Below are positions 29,159 through 38,963 of a DNA stretch of 64,000 nucleotides, piece by piece. The notes below the pieces were generated by a model. That model saw only the letters and a list, made by a program, of their open reading frames with translations. It was not told where the DNA came from and did not search any database. The first letter of the stretch is position 1, and each line of letters opens with the position of its first letter. Made by a program: the position numbers and the translations under genes. The stretch covers positions 2,720,001 through 2,784,000 of the forward strand of contig CP147778.1 of NCBI GenBank assembly GCA_037305845.1, given 5' to 3'. The DNA is from Candidatus Freyarchaeum deiterrae. GTDB taxonomy: Archaea > Asgardarchaeota > Jordiarchaeia > Jordiarchaeales > Jordiarchaeaceae.

Positions 29159-30394
29159 TTAACTTTTTGAACGTTTCACTACAAATTCACAACAATCATC
29201 ACCCTTCGCTATGCATTTTACCTCTTCGCACTCGTAACTGTCTCCAGTGTAGATTTCAAAAGCCCCCGCAAAAAGCCCTGCTGTTGCCCAGCCAGCAGTC
29301 TTACCTAACCCCTTAAAATACGAACAAACTGGGGAATTAATTAATCTAAATCGGTAACCATTTATTTTTTCGTCAAAAATGGTTTCTAATTTACCATTGC
29401 CGCGGAGTTCTATGAGCCTCGCAAAGGAGTCTACCGCTTTTTTCAGATCGGTTATTTTGAACTGTTCCCTGAAATTTTTAACCAAGGGTATTCCCTTTTT
29501 TCCTTGCTGATACATGAATTCACTTGCCTCTTCGTATCCGTATTCGTTCATTATTTTTGTGAAAATCATTGAGTAGAAGTTTGGGTCTAGGATTATCACT
29601 CTTGATCCTAAAAGCTCTAGGACGCCCTCGTCTAGCATCTTCAATTGTTGTTTTATGTAATCAAACTCCTCAATGGTCCTTGTGCTCAGAGCAAATCCTC
29701 CGGGTCTTATCTCATATGGTACAAATTCATCCAGATAGTTATTGGATGGCGATTTAACCACCCTTAAATACTTCTGAAATTTTCTGTCCTTCTCGGATAC
29801 TTTAAAGTCTAAAACATAGTCGAATGCGTGTTCCAATGTCCGTAAACTCTTTTCATCCAGCATACCTTTATCAAAAACAAAGGCGCACAAGCCGAACTGG
29901 CTCAGCATTACTCTAGTTTTATAAATAAAATTAATAACTTTGTCAAGATCCTGTTTTCTAGACAGGAAAAGGTTGCTAGAAAACATCAAGCTAAAAACAT
30001 TGGGTTTATGTTGCTCAACCATTTGAGTGAGTTCAGCTATGTACGCGTTAATATGTACAATATCTTTGGGCTTATCTATAACATACTTTTCCTCAGAAGA
30101 GTGCTCTCCGTACATTTTAGAAAAACCATCTATTATAAAAAACTGCTCATTCTCTTCGAACTTATCGATATCAAGTTTTTTGAATTTAAACCATTCTCTG
30201 ACTCTACGAGGAGGTATATCCAAGTCTATAATAAATCCAGAATCACCTGTGGATAATCTGTTAGTAAAGAGATTCAGGGCAACTATCTCACCCATTCCGC
30301 CCGCTTCGATTAAAAAGAGAATCGAAGAATTTCTAATAAAGCCGCCGCCGAGTAAAGCATCTAGCTCCGAATTACCTGAACTAATAAATTCCAT
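29159..30394 (-). CDS. KaiC-like (Walker A degenerate) - V4R domain fusion
   Basis: SSGNSELDALLGGG start; V4R end NSPVC...EEVKCIAKGDDCCEF; tandem paralog of 27850-29100. Confidence 0.85.
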   Translation of the reverse strand: MEFISSGNSELDALLGGGFIRNSSILFLIEAGGMGEIVALNLFTNRLSTGDSGFIIDLDIPPRRVREWFKFKKLDIDKFEENEQFFIIDGFSKMYGEHSSEEKYVIDKPKDIVHINAYIAELTQMVEQHKPNVFSLMFSSNLFLSRKQDLDKVINFIYKTRVMLSQFGLCAFVFDKGMLDEKSLRTLEHAFDYVLDFKVSEKDRKFQKYLRVVKSPSNNYLDEFVPYEIRPGGFALSTRTIEEFDYIKQQLKMLDEGVLELLGSRVIILDPNFYSMIFTKIMNEYGYEEASEFMYQQGKKGIPLVKNFREQFKITDLKKAVDSFARLIELRGNGKLETIFDEKINGYRFRLINSPVCSYFKGLGKTAGWATAGLFAGAFEIYTGDSYECEEVKCIAKGDDCCEFVVKRSKS

Positions 30395-30589
30395 GGAAAA
30401 CCCCTTTTTTTGGACGAAGCTTCAAGCCAACAATGTTGACTTTACTTAAAAAATGTAACTGAAAAAAGCTAAATTAACTTGATTTATTTTAATTAGCTTT
30501 CAAAAATGCAAAGTTGAAGGTGAAGATTTTTTAGAATCAGAATAGCTAAAAAGAATACAGACGGGAAAATTGTTAAAACTGGATTCATT

Positions 30590-31459
30590 TTACATTTGCG
30601 TCACTTTTTTAGATTCTTTCTTAATTTTTTCTACTTTTTGCGCCACTTCTTCCGTTAGAGAATATGAGTACTCCTCTGTGGGAAACAGCCCTTTTTCAAC
30701 CTCTTCTTTGTACTGGATAGCCGCGTTTTTTATGGCTTCCCTTACGTTTCCAAATCTCTTCACAAACTTGGGCTTAAAGTCTTGGTTAATTCCCACAGCG
30801 TCATGAAACACCAGTACTTGTCCGTCGCAGTGGATACCCGCACCTATTCCTATAGTTGCAGCCTCTACGTAGTCCGTTATTAGCTCTGCAACCTGCCAAG
30901 GTATACCCTCCAACACGATTGAGAACACACCCGCTTCATCCAGAGCCCTAGCGTCATCCAGTAACAATTTTATCGTCTTATCCGTTCTCGCCTGAACCTT
31001 ATGACCACCGAAAATGTTAACAGACTGAGGAGTCAGTCCAATGTGCCCCATCACCGGAACTCCTAGGTTAATAATCGCCTTCACGACTTCAATAATTCTT
31101 TTTCCGCCTTCTGGTTTAACAGCCTCAGCGCCGCCCTCCTGAACGAGACGCGTAGCGTTTCTTGCAGCAATCTCGGGAGTTATACAGGAGCCAAAAGGCA
31201 AGTCACCAATCAGCAACGCATACTCGATTCCTCTGCGTACAGCAGCTGTGTGTCTAACCATGTCATCCATGGTTACAGGAAGCGTGTTTCTGTATCCCAA
31301 AACATTGTCCCCTAAGGAGTCGCCCACAAGAACCATGTCTACCCCCACCTCGTCCAGAATTCGAGCCGTAGGGGTATCATAGGCTGTTAACATAACAATT
31401 TTCTTTCGGTCTTCCTTCATTTTCTTAATATCAAGCACCGTTATTTTATTCCGTTCCAT
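30590..31459 (-). CDS. panB: 3-methyl-2-oxobutanoate hydroxymethyltransferase
   Basis: MLTAYD, LVGDSLG, GHIGLTPQ, IGIGAG, DGQVLV. Confidence 0.96.
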   Translation of the reverse strand: MERNKITVLDIKKMKEDRKKIVMLTAYDTPTARILDEVGVDMVLVGDSLGDNVLGYRNTLPVTMDDMVRHTAAVRRGIEYALLIGDLPFGSCITPEIAARNATRLVQEGGAEAVKPEGGKRIIEVVKAIINLGVPVMGHIGLTPQSVNIFGGHKVQARTDKTIKLLLDDARALDEAGVFSIVLEGIPWQVAELITDYVEAATIGIGAGIHCDGQVLVFHDAVGINQDFKPKFVKRFGNVREAIKNAAIQYKEEVEKGLFPTEEYSYSLTEEVAQKVEKIKKESKKVTQM

Positions 31460-31704
31460 TCTGAATCATCAACCAAGAATCCCTTTAGGAAAAAGTGAAA
31501 CAAATTCACCTTAAAAAAGATACTGTACAAAAAAAATTGCGTATGAATTGAGCTCAAAACAAAAAAGCTTTTCAAACTTGTTTTTACTCGAAAGTAGGTC
31601 GTTTTCATTGTATAAATCTTCAAAACTAAAGAAAAGCTTGTAATTACGTATTTTTACAGAATCTAAACTTTTTGAAAACTATTGAAAAAATTCTCATGAA
31701 GAGA

Positions 31705-32874
31705 TTAGCTCTTTTTTATGGTTTTCTTAGTTCTCGGGAGAGGTTCGTTCACATTTTTTCCGGGTTCATAGTTTAGGGCCGTTTTTGAGAGTTCGCTTAG
31801 TCTATGGAATATTAGGCTTGGACCAGGTTCCAGAAAGTTGCATACGGAATCGCAATTACCACAGTTCACACAGCATTCACCCATGTGCCCCATACGTAGT
31901 AGGAAGTAAAAAACCGGGTCTATCTCTTTTCTCTTTTTAATTACACTACAATCTACACAGACACAAATTGGGCATGCTTTGATACACATTCCGCATTTTC
32001 TGCAGTTTTCAACTAACTTCTTAAAATCAGAATATCCCTCTTTCTCTGAGCTTTTTTCAAAAATTTTAAATTGTTCCGCCTTGTATTTTTCCGCCTCATC
32101 TCTTAATTGTTCCATCTCAATATTTATACTGTTCAGTGTTTCCTCATTTGCTTCCTCAAGATTTAGTTTTTCTGAAGCAGACTCAAGAAGTTTCAAACCC
32201 TTTTCCGAGTTTATTCGTATTAGTGTTCTCGTTTTACCATTTGCTTCAATAACTCGGAAAGAAATATCCGAAATGTTAGGTTTTCGTTCGGTACATCTTT
32301 TACAACTTTCCTCTAAATCCAGCGTTTCCCCCAAATTATAACTCTTGTTTTCCCCCCCAATAATAATGCTGTATTTGTTACCCTTTATTATTTCATGATC
32401 TACATTACTGGCGTCTACTTGCTCTTCATCTAGGGTCTTCTTAACCTTTTTTGGTGAAATTTTTCCAAGGCATTCCTCACCCAAAATTATTAGGTCATCT
32501 AAGTTTACTTGTCTCCTTTTCGCTAGCTCCACCAAAGCTCTTACGTCACACGGTTTTGCGACTATAGCTATCTTTCCAGCCCCTTTCAAATTCTGTTGCA
32601 GATATTTGGGTATATTACTCGCACCAGAAACATAGTATGCGCTAAATTGAGAAAGAGGCAGAGCGTCTATCTGATCAGGCTGCTCGATAACTACTGGACT
32701 GAGATCATATCTGCTCTTTTTTTCTTGAAAAGATAATACCTTATCCACATACTTATTTTCTAGAGCAGCTTTGAGAATCGTTTGGATGGCTCCTCCGCCA
32801 TAACTTTTGGATAGATTGCTATCTTTGCTGCTTGCTAGTACAAAGTCACCTGTTCTCAAGATAAATGCTTCCAT
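31705..32874 (-). CDS. Coenzyme F420 hydrogenase/formate dehydrogenase beta subunit family (FdhB-like)
   Basis: GGGAI, AKPCDVRALVELAKRRQV, CRKCGMCIKACPICVCVDC, CVNCGNCDSVC. Confidence 0.85.
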   Translation of the reverse strand: MEAFILRTGDFVLASSKDSNLSKSYGGGAIQTILKAALENKYVDKVLSFQEKKSRYDLSPVVIEQPDQIDALPLSQFSAYYVSGASNIPKYLQQNLKGAGKIAIVAKPCDVRALVELAKRRQVNLDDLIILGEECLGKISPKKVKKTLDEEQVDASNVDHEIIKGNKYSIIIGGENKSYNLGETLDLEESCKRCTERKPNISDISFRVIEANGKTRTLIRINSEKGLKLLESASEKLNLEEANEETLNSINIEMEQLRDEAEKYKAEQFKIFEKSSEKEGYSDFKKLVENCRKCGMCIKACPICVCVDCSVIKKRKEIDPVFYFLLRMGHMGECCVNCGNCDSVCNFLEPGPSLIFHRLSELSKTALNYEPGKNVNEPLPRTKKTIKKS

Positions 32875-32977
32875 TAAATTTTTTTAACTGCAGTTAAACA
32901 TACTTTTAAATTTCTCTCGCCTACCGAGAGTAGTCTCGTCATATTTTAAAGTTTACCTAATGAAGGTTACTCTACTC

Positions 32978-33260
32978 CTATTCTTGCTTCTCTTCGAGGG
33001 TGGGTTGCAGTTCTGGAATTTTTTTCCATTAATTACCTGGTTGTATCAGTGAATGGTTTACCTTCCGTTGAGGAACAGTAATAACTTTGCTGGTGTTCCT
33101 CGCTTAATCCTGCGGCTCGTAATACCTGTTTTAGATATGTAATCTGTTCAGTTGCAGTCATGTTCCCAATTTCCTAGTTACACTCTTCTAAACATCAACC
33201 TATTAGAAGTACTCCATCTACATCCTTCATAAAACTCTTAGTACATAATCAGTATGAACA
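32978..33260 (-). pseudogene. mvhD: Decayed MvhD/VhuD (hydrogenase delta subunit) C-terminal remnant
   Basis: Reads DVDGVLLIG*CLEECN*EIGNMTATEQITYLKQVLRAAGL...CSSTEGKPF..*LMEKIPELQP, matching the MvhD pattern DGVLxxGC...CHY..GN..A...LK.LL...G...S..EG..F. Lies upstream of the fdhB-like gene. Confidence 0.75.
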
Positions 33261-33425
33261 AAATTTTTTGAGAAATATAATTTTTTCGCAAGTTTAAGAA
33301 ACGAAAAAATACTATTTAAATTTGGTATAACGCTGAGTATGTGATTATATTTAATATTTTCATAAAACTGCCCTGTTATAATAAATATTTAGTATATTAT
33401 TAGAATAATTCTATGTTCAGTCTCT

Positions 33426-34265
33426 TTATTTTACACAATTTTTACAAATTTCTAATTCAAATATTCCCTCTCGAATATTTTTCCTAACTTTTTTATAATA
33501 AGGCTTTTTCCAAATTTGAATTAAAGATTCGTTATTTAGGTTTCCAAAAATAACTGAACTCAAATAATCATTACAGCACAAGACTACGTTGCCGAGGTGA
33601 TCAACACTCACCACATCTGAGGGATCTCTGCATTTTTCAAATCTTATCTTCACATCTGGTTCCACAAGACCTCCCCTATTGAAAAGGGGGGTTTCAGGCG
33701 TGATTTTAAAAACAGCGATTTTTTGCTTTAATTGAGGTTTATCTTTCACGTAATCCATCAACTGACTCATATTCTTCGACATGTTTTGTCCATGTATAGT
33801 TATCCAAAATAGGTCAACTCCAGAGTCAATCATTTTATAGAATAATTCAGTTGTTAATAGATCTCCATTAGAAAAAATTACAATATTTGATAAAGGTATT
33901 TTTTCTCTAACATACTTTACAAGATCAGGTAATCTTTTATCTAATAAAGGCTCTCCATAAAAGTGGGGGCTAACTCTTCCTACAAAATTTATACTCGCAA
34001 GCTCATCAATGATTTTCTTGAATAGAACTTCATCCATCAAATGTTTGCCTCTTTCATGAGTGAACTGTGGACAATAAACACATCTTCGATTACATTCGGT
34101 AGTTGTTTCTAATTCTATTATGGAAAAAAAATCTGTACTTCCTACAATAAGTAAATTTTTAAGGTAAACATAAAATTTCATAAAAAACGGCATCCAAAAC
34201 AATGGCATTATTCTTAGAGCTGTTCTTTGGGTAATTTCAAGTAGTTGAATTAATTTTTCCTTCAT
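33426..34265 (-). CDS. Radical SAM / SPASM domain protein
   Basis: CNRRCVYC, GEPLL, SPASM LCCND...FGNL...IW...CKNC; visibly AT-rich. Confidence 0.9.
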   Translation of the reverse strand: MKEKLIQLLEITQRTALRIMPLFWMPFFMKFYVYLKNLLIVGSTDFFSIIELETTTECNRRCVYCPQFTHERGKHLMDEVLFKKIIDELASINFVGRVSPHFYGEPLLDKRLPDLVKYVREKIPLSNIVIFSNGDLLTTELFYKMIDSGVDLFWITIHGQNMSKNMSQLMDYVKDKPQLKQKIAVFKITPETPLFNRGGLVEPDVKIRFEKCRDPSDVVSVDHLGNVVLCCNDYLSSVIFGNLNNESLIQIWKKPYYKKVRKNIREGIFELEICKNCVK

Positions 34266-34380
34266 CTGAGAATCCCCAGGCTTTTATTGTTATGATACAG
34301 GTTCACCCATTTAATTATTAGAATCTCGCAATGCAAATAATGAAACTTTTTAATGGATGTACCATGAATTTTTTAATGTC

Positions 34381-35052
34381 TTATATTCTTTTTGGTTTCT
34401 TTAATTTTTCCATAATTTCTTCCCAAATTTCTGTGTGCTCTCCAGAAAAACAGAATTTATTTCTTTCTATTTCTATCACATCTTTTGACGGGCAACTGTT
34501 TATGCATGCTCCACAGAAAATACATTTTTCTTTATCAATTTCAATTTTGAATGGTTTCTCCCAGTTTTTTCTCTTCGGGATATTTAAAGCCCTAACCGGA
34601 CATATCTGCACACAGGTCGAACATCCTCCGGGACATTTTTCAGAGTGTATACTAATTTCTCCCTCAAAAAATTTGTATGCTTTCTTCCCTGTTGCCTCAC
34701 AATCAATCTCAGTTTTTTCAATTTTTGGGAGAGCTCCCTTCTCCTGAAGTATCAGTTTATGTTCGCCGTCTATGTTAAGTTCGATACATTCGAAGGGGCA
34801 AAGTATTTCACAGACACCACAGAAGGAACACTTTTCCTGATCTATCGCCATTGTGGGAACATTTGTTAAACTCTTTCGTGAGGCCCCAATGGGTCCACGT
34901 TCAATGGCTCCCGTTGGGCAGGCGGATAAACATATTCCACACCCAACGCACTTGCTTCGGTCAAGTGTCAGTTTAAGGTGTTTTGTCAACATTTTTAATT
35001 CAATTACTACTTTGTCTGGGTCTATGTTTTTTGAAAAAGCTGGAATCGCCAA
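34381..35052 (-). CDS. Polyferredoxin (4x 4Fe-4S, FwdF-like)
   Basis: CVGCGICLSACP, CSFCGVCEILCP, CPGGCSTCVQICP, CIFCGACINSCP. TTG start at 35052 after AGGGTG. Confidence 0.85.
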   Translation of the reverse strand: MAIPAFSKNIDPDKVVIELKMLTKHLKLTLDRSKCVGCGICLSACPTGAIERGPIGASRKSLTNVPTMAIDQEKCSFCGVCEILCPFECIELNIDGEHKLILQEKGALPKIEKTEIDCEATGKKAYKFFEGEISIHSEKCPGGCSTCVQICPVRALNIPKRKNWEKPFKIEIDKEKCIFCGACINSCPSKDVIEIERNKFCFSGEHTEIWEEIMEKLKKPKRI

Positions 35053-35281
35053 ACTAAACACCCTGATTACATTTCTGAAGCTGTGCAATACATAAAAATA
35101 TAATACCTTTAAAACTATCGAACCTAAAACTACCAGAAATTTTTTATAATCAAGCCCTAATCGTAAAATAGCGAATAATAAAATCAATATAATAAAATTA
35201 CCATGAGGTGGATTCTCACCTAAACATAAAATTTGGGGACAAAAAGAGATTAATGAACTTATTCTTAAATGAGGTGTTTAA

Positions 35282-35941
35282 ATGGGTTATGATTCAAATT
35301 CCCCGAAACTAGGAACCCCAACTAAAAGTAAAAAGTTAACAAAGATAACAAAAGAAGAGAGTACTAACTCCAGTTCTGTTTCCGAGCAACTGGAGTACGT
35401 ATTCGGTCAATCTCTAGGGAATATTTTTAATGAACTGGCAACCAAAATCAAGCTGGTTGAAATTAAAGTCAAGTCTCCTATGCGTAAACACTTTATGGGA
35501 GAAGAGGTCAATGGAGTGTGGGTGCCTCGCTTTCCAGTGAAGATGTACAAGCGCGCTGAGCTGGTTTTTCAACTTAATAATTTAAATGAGACCTATGAAT
35601 TCATAAAAACTATTAGAGAAGAGAATAAAAAAATCAAAGATGAACAAAAATCACTTGAACCTTACAATACCTTTGAGGGCGGATACGCAATAACCGCAAT
35701 GGCGGTGCTATTTGACGACCCTTATAAAACATTTCTCTACATCAATTTCAATCCTGAAAAGAAATCTTACTTTGTAACCTACCTGTGCGAAAAGTTTCCA
35801 TCCGAAGGAGTTCCACCCTTGCAAATAGAAATGGAAAAAAGATTCAGAAAAGCGGGTTACACCAAAATAGATGACCGAGACGAAATTGTTAAGCGAGTAA
35901 AAATGTACTTACCCGATGAAACATTCATCTACTTCCAGTAG
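35282..35941 (+). CDS. Hypothetical protein
   Basis: 219-aa ORF with GAGGTG SD; no motif recognised. Confidence 0.7.
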   Translation: MGYDSNSPKLGTPTKSKKLTKITKEESTNSSSVSEQLEYVFGQSLGNIFNELATKIKLVEIKVKSPMRKHFMGEEVNGVWVPRFPVKMYKRAELVFQLNNLNETYEFIKTIREENKKIKDEQKSLEPYNTFEGGYAITAMAVLFDDPYKTFLYINFNPEKKSYFVTYLCEKFPSEGVPPLQIEMEKRFRKAGYTKIDDRDEIVKRVKMYLPDETFIYFQ

Positions 35942-36092
35942 CGTCCAAAATAATCATTCGCACAAAACTCAATCCTAAATCAAAAGATTGCAAAAAGATT
36001 ACATCTTTTTATATTAGACCTCGCCTTAGATTATATTTAAATTCTCAATTTAATATTATAAGATATAGTGTGGTTCGGGAGTGTGAGGTTTT

Positions 36093-38066
36093 CTGTCTGA
36101 TTTTAGGACTGAAAGCGATTATTTATCGTTAATTAAGCCTGTAAAGTGGAGTCTGCGTGAAAGAGCAACTCGGGTTTTTACGTATCCTTTTAATCCCCCG
36201 TCTGCTAGGACTTTGGCCCTGACGGGATTATTATTAAGCCTAGTGATGGGCATGCTTTCGTATGCTCCTAGGCGGGAATTGGACTTAATCGATATAATAG
36301 TCTACGGAATCGAAGTTGGTGTTTTAGTGTTCGCCTTTCCGATGCTGGTCTCTTCCTTTTTGCTGTATGCTGTGGGAAAAATTAAGAGCCCAATATTTTC
36401 ATTATCCAGATCCGTGGCCTTTTCTTTAATTTTTGTTGCCGTATGGGAATTTTTCTTTTTCATAGGATCATTTGCTTACGCTTTTTTCGGTATATCCGAA
36501 ATTTTCATAATAGTAACCCTCTTTGGAGCAGCATTCATTTATGCGCTCTGCTTAGTAATCTTAATCACTATTTCCACATTCGGAAATCCACTCAGCATAC
36601 TGCTCTCAAGCATCCTCCCCCTCCTAGGTATAACCAGCTTCTCCCTAATTTTGGGCGGCTTAACAACCACTTATTTATTCCCCTTGTTAAGGGACTTCAT
36701 TATCGCAGCAATAATTCTTTCAGTTCCAAACTTTATCGCATTCCGCATAGTTGAAAAACCCATTAAAAGGAAACTGGGAGTCAGCGGTTATGACTTAATC
36801 CGCGGCTTTTTCTTGGAGTGGATTCTCAAAAACCCACGTAAAATTGAAAGCGTTACCGACCAATTTGGAGAGAAAGCAGACCTACCAGCGCTTCTAGTCG
36901 CTTTCAGATCCAAAAAGGATCAAAAATTGAAGGGAGTAATTTTTTCCTCCTTCATACATTACGGGCCCTTCAAGGAAACCGGTTCATCGGTTCTACCGCG
37001 TTTACTTGCGCAAAAAATCGAAGAAACAAATAGCACTATTCTTTCCGTAACTCACGGAGCATGCACCCATGGTCAGAACCTTTGCAGCATGAGAGAAACT
37101 CAGAAAGCAATTAAACAAACTATTCAAAAACTGAAGCAAATCAAATTCGACAATGCAGCTACACCGTTTATCCGAGTTCAAGAGAAGGAATTTAAAATAC
37201 TCTCCGCAGTTTTGGGAGACACCGTAATTATGATTTCAACCAGATCCCCGGAGATAACTGACGACATCAATTTGGAAGTAGGCTTGTCTGTCTTGGAGAG
37301 GGCGCACGAGGCGATGGAAAAGAATGGTTTCGAAACTAAAAGGGCATTTCTTATAGATTCCCATAACTGCATTCTAGACTCTGAAGTCCTAGTTGAACCG
37401 AACACTCCAGCTGCAGAGAATCTTCTAAAAGCCACCGAGAAATCAATCCAAAAAATGTCTACAACAATTAACACCCCAAAAATAAGATATGGCGTATCAA
37501 GAACAAAATTTTCAGATATTTACCGCGATTACGGATTGGGAGAACTAGGAATAACAGTTAACATTATTGAAACTTCATGGTCGGATGGCACGAAACGCGG
37601 CATTCCCAAAAGACGCGAAGACAAGTGTTGGAAACAGAGAACCGCCCTAGTTGTCATTGATGGAAACAACATGATAATAGGACTCAGAGATAAAATAATT
37701 AATCGTCTCCTAGACGAAAAACTCGTGGACGAAGCTGAGATTCTAACCTCTGACACACACACGGTGAATGCTTCTTCTATCCAACAACCTGACTATTATC
37801 CCGTAGGCAGAGTAATAAATCACGAAGATTTAATCGAAGAAGTAGTAAAAAACACGAAAAGAGCCCTCGAAGATTTGGAAGAAGTAGAAATTGGAACAAA
37901 AGTCTTTAAAATAAACCGCCTGAAAATTTGGACCAATGAAAAGTTATACAAGTTTTTTGAAGGGATTGAAGAAACGATAAACACACTGAAAAAAATTATT
38001 CCACCATTTTTTGTCAGCGGAGTCTCCTTAGCCTTACTCTCACTAGTACTCTCAATAGGAGTTTAA
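36093..38066 (+). CDS. DUF2070 family membrane protein
   Basis: N-terminal TMs; HYGPF..GSS.LP, HGACTH, IDSHN, DGNNM, TSDTHTVN. Frame extends upstream to CTG 36093 after GAGGT. Confidence 0.85.
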   Translation: MSDFRTESDYLSLIKPVKWSLRERATRVFTYPFNPPSARTLALTGLLLSLVMGMLSYAPRRELDLIDIIVYGIEVGVLVFAFPMLVSSFLLYAVGKIKSPIFSLSRSVAFSLIFVAVWEFFFFIGSFAYAFFGISEIFIIVTLFGAAFIYALCLVILITISTFGNPLSILLSSILPLLGITSFSLILGGLTTTYLFPLLRDFIIAAIILSVPNFIAFRIVEKPIKRKLGVSGYDLIRGFFLEWILKNPRKIESVTDQFGEKADLPALLVAFRSKKDQKLKGVIFSSFIHYGPFKETGSSVLPRLLAQKIEETNSTILSVTHGACTHGQNLCSMRETQKAIKQTIQKLKQIKFDNAATPFIRVQEKEFKILSAVLGDTVIMISTRSPEITDDINLEVGLSVLERAHEAMEKNGFETKRAFLIDSHNCILDSEVLVEPNTPAAENLLKATEKSIQKMSTTINTPKIRYGVSRTKFSDIYRDYGLGELGITVNIIETSWSDGTKRGIPKRREDKCWKQRTALVVIDGNNMIIGLRDKIINRLLDEKLVDEAEILTSDTHTVNASSIQQPDYYPVGRVINHEDLIEEVVKNTKRALEDLEEVEIGTKVFKINRLKIWTNEKLYKFFEGIEETINTLKKIIPPFFVSGVSLALLSLVLSIGV

Positions 38067-38081
38067 AAAACTTAAATTTAT

Positions 38082-38909
38082 GTGATAATTTTGTCAAACA
38101 CTAGAAATACCGAATTTGAAAAAGATTATAGAAAAGCCTGGCAACTAGCGGTGGAAGCCATCCGCTTAGAGGAGCAAGACCAATTCGAATACGCCAGCAA
38201 GAATTACACTATGTCAGCAGAAATACTCAACAAATTACTGGAAAACCCACTGAAACCAGAATTAAGTAGTCAAATCCGAAATAAATACTTCGAGTACCAA
38301 GAAAGAGCGGAACTGCTGAAGAGCATTTCCGAAAAACTGGGAAAAGAAAAAACCGCTAAAAAACCCGAGACAACATCAATAGTTCTACACGGACCAGAAA
38401 TTGGATTAAAAGTAATCGACATACTGAAACACGCAACTAATGAGATAATAATTATGAGCTACCTCTTATTCGACGTAAAAACCATAAGTGCTGAAAACAA
38501 AACCCACAGAATAGACCTTCTCGACACCATTATTCAGAAATCGAAAAACGGCGTAAAAATCAGAATAATCACCTCTCCCCCAGACGACCAACTAATAGGG
38601 AATAGCGCCGAAAAGCAGGGTAACTCCATAAAAAGGCTACTGACCGAGTCCCATATCCAAATTAAGCTTTGCAACTACGCTCACTCCAAATTCATAATCA
38701 CAGACAATTCAACCATTCTGCGTGGTTCCGCTAATCTCACTAGGAGTGGGTTGTCAGGTCAAGCCGATATAGCTGAAATAACCAACGATGAATACATTAT
38801 CAATTATTACTCCACACTCTTCAACGAACGTTGGAGAAACGTGCACAAAAGTTGCAGAGATTGCAACGAAAATGCATGCATTAAAGAGTACTCGATTTCC
38901 AAACATTAA
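38082..38909 (+). CDS. MIT domain - phospholipase D-like (single HKD) fusion protein
   Basis: MIT: KAWQLAVEAIRLE...A...Y..SAEIL...IRNK..EYQERAELLK. PLD: GVKIRII, HSKFIITD, GSANLT. Confidence 0.85.
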   Translation: MIILSNTRNTEFEKDYRKAWQLAVEAIRLEEQDQFEYASKNYTMSAEILNKLLENPLKPELSSQIRNKYFEYQERAELLKSISEKLGKEKTAKKPETTSIVLHGPEIGLKVIDILKHATNEIIIMSYLLFDVKTISAENKTHRIDLLDTIIQKSKNGVKIRIITSPPDDQLIGNSAEKQGNSIKRLLTESHIQIKLCNYAHSKFIITDNSTILRGSANLTRSGLSGQADIAEITNDEYIINYYSTLFNERWRNVHKSCRDCNENACIKEYSISKH

Positions 38910-38963
38910 GAAAAGTCAAAACACCAAGATATTAAAGAAACAGAAAAAGTATACTCCACCAAT

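Noticed and set aside
38082-38909. Anti-phage defence island around the PLD nuclease
   Set aside because: No helicase, methylase or other defence genes adjacent; neighbours are housekeeping-type.
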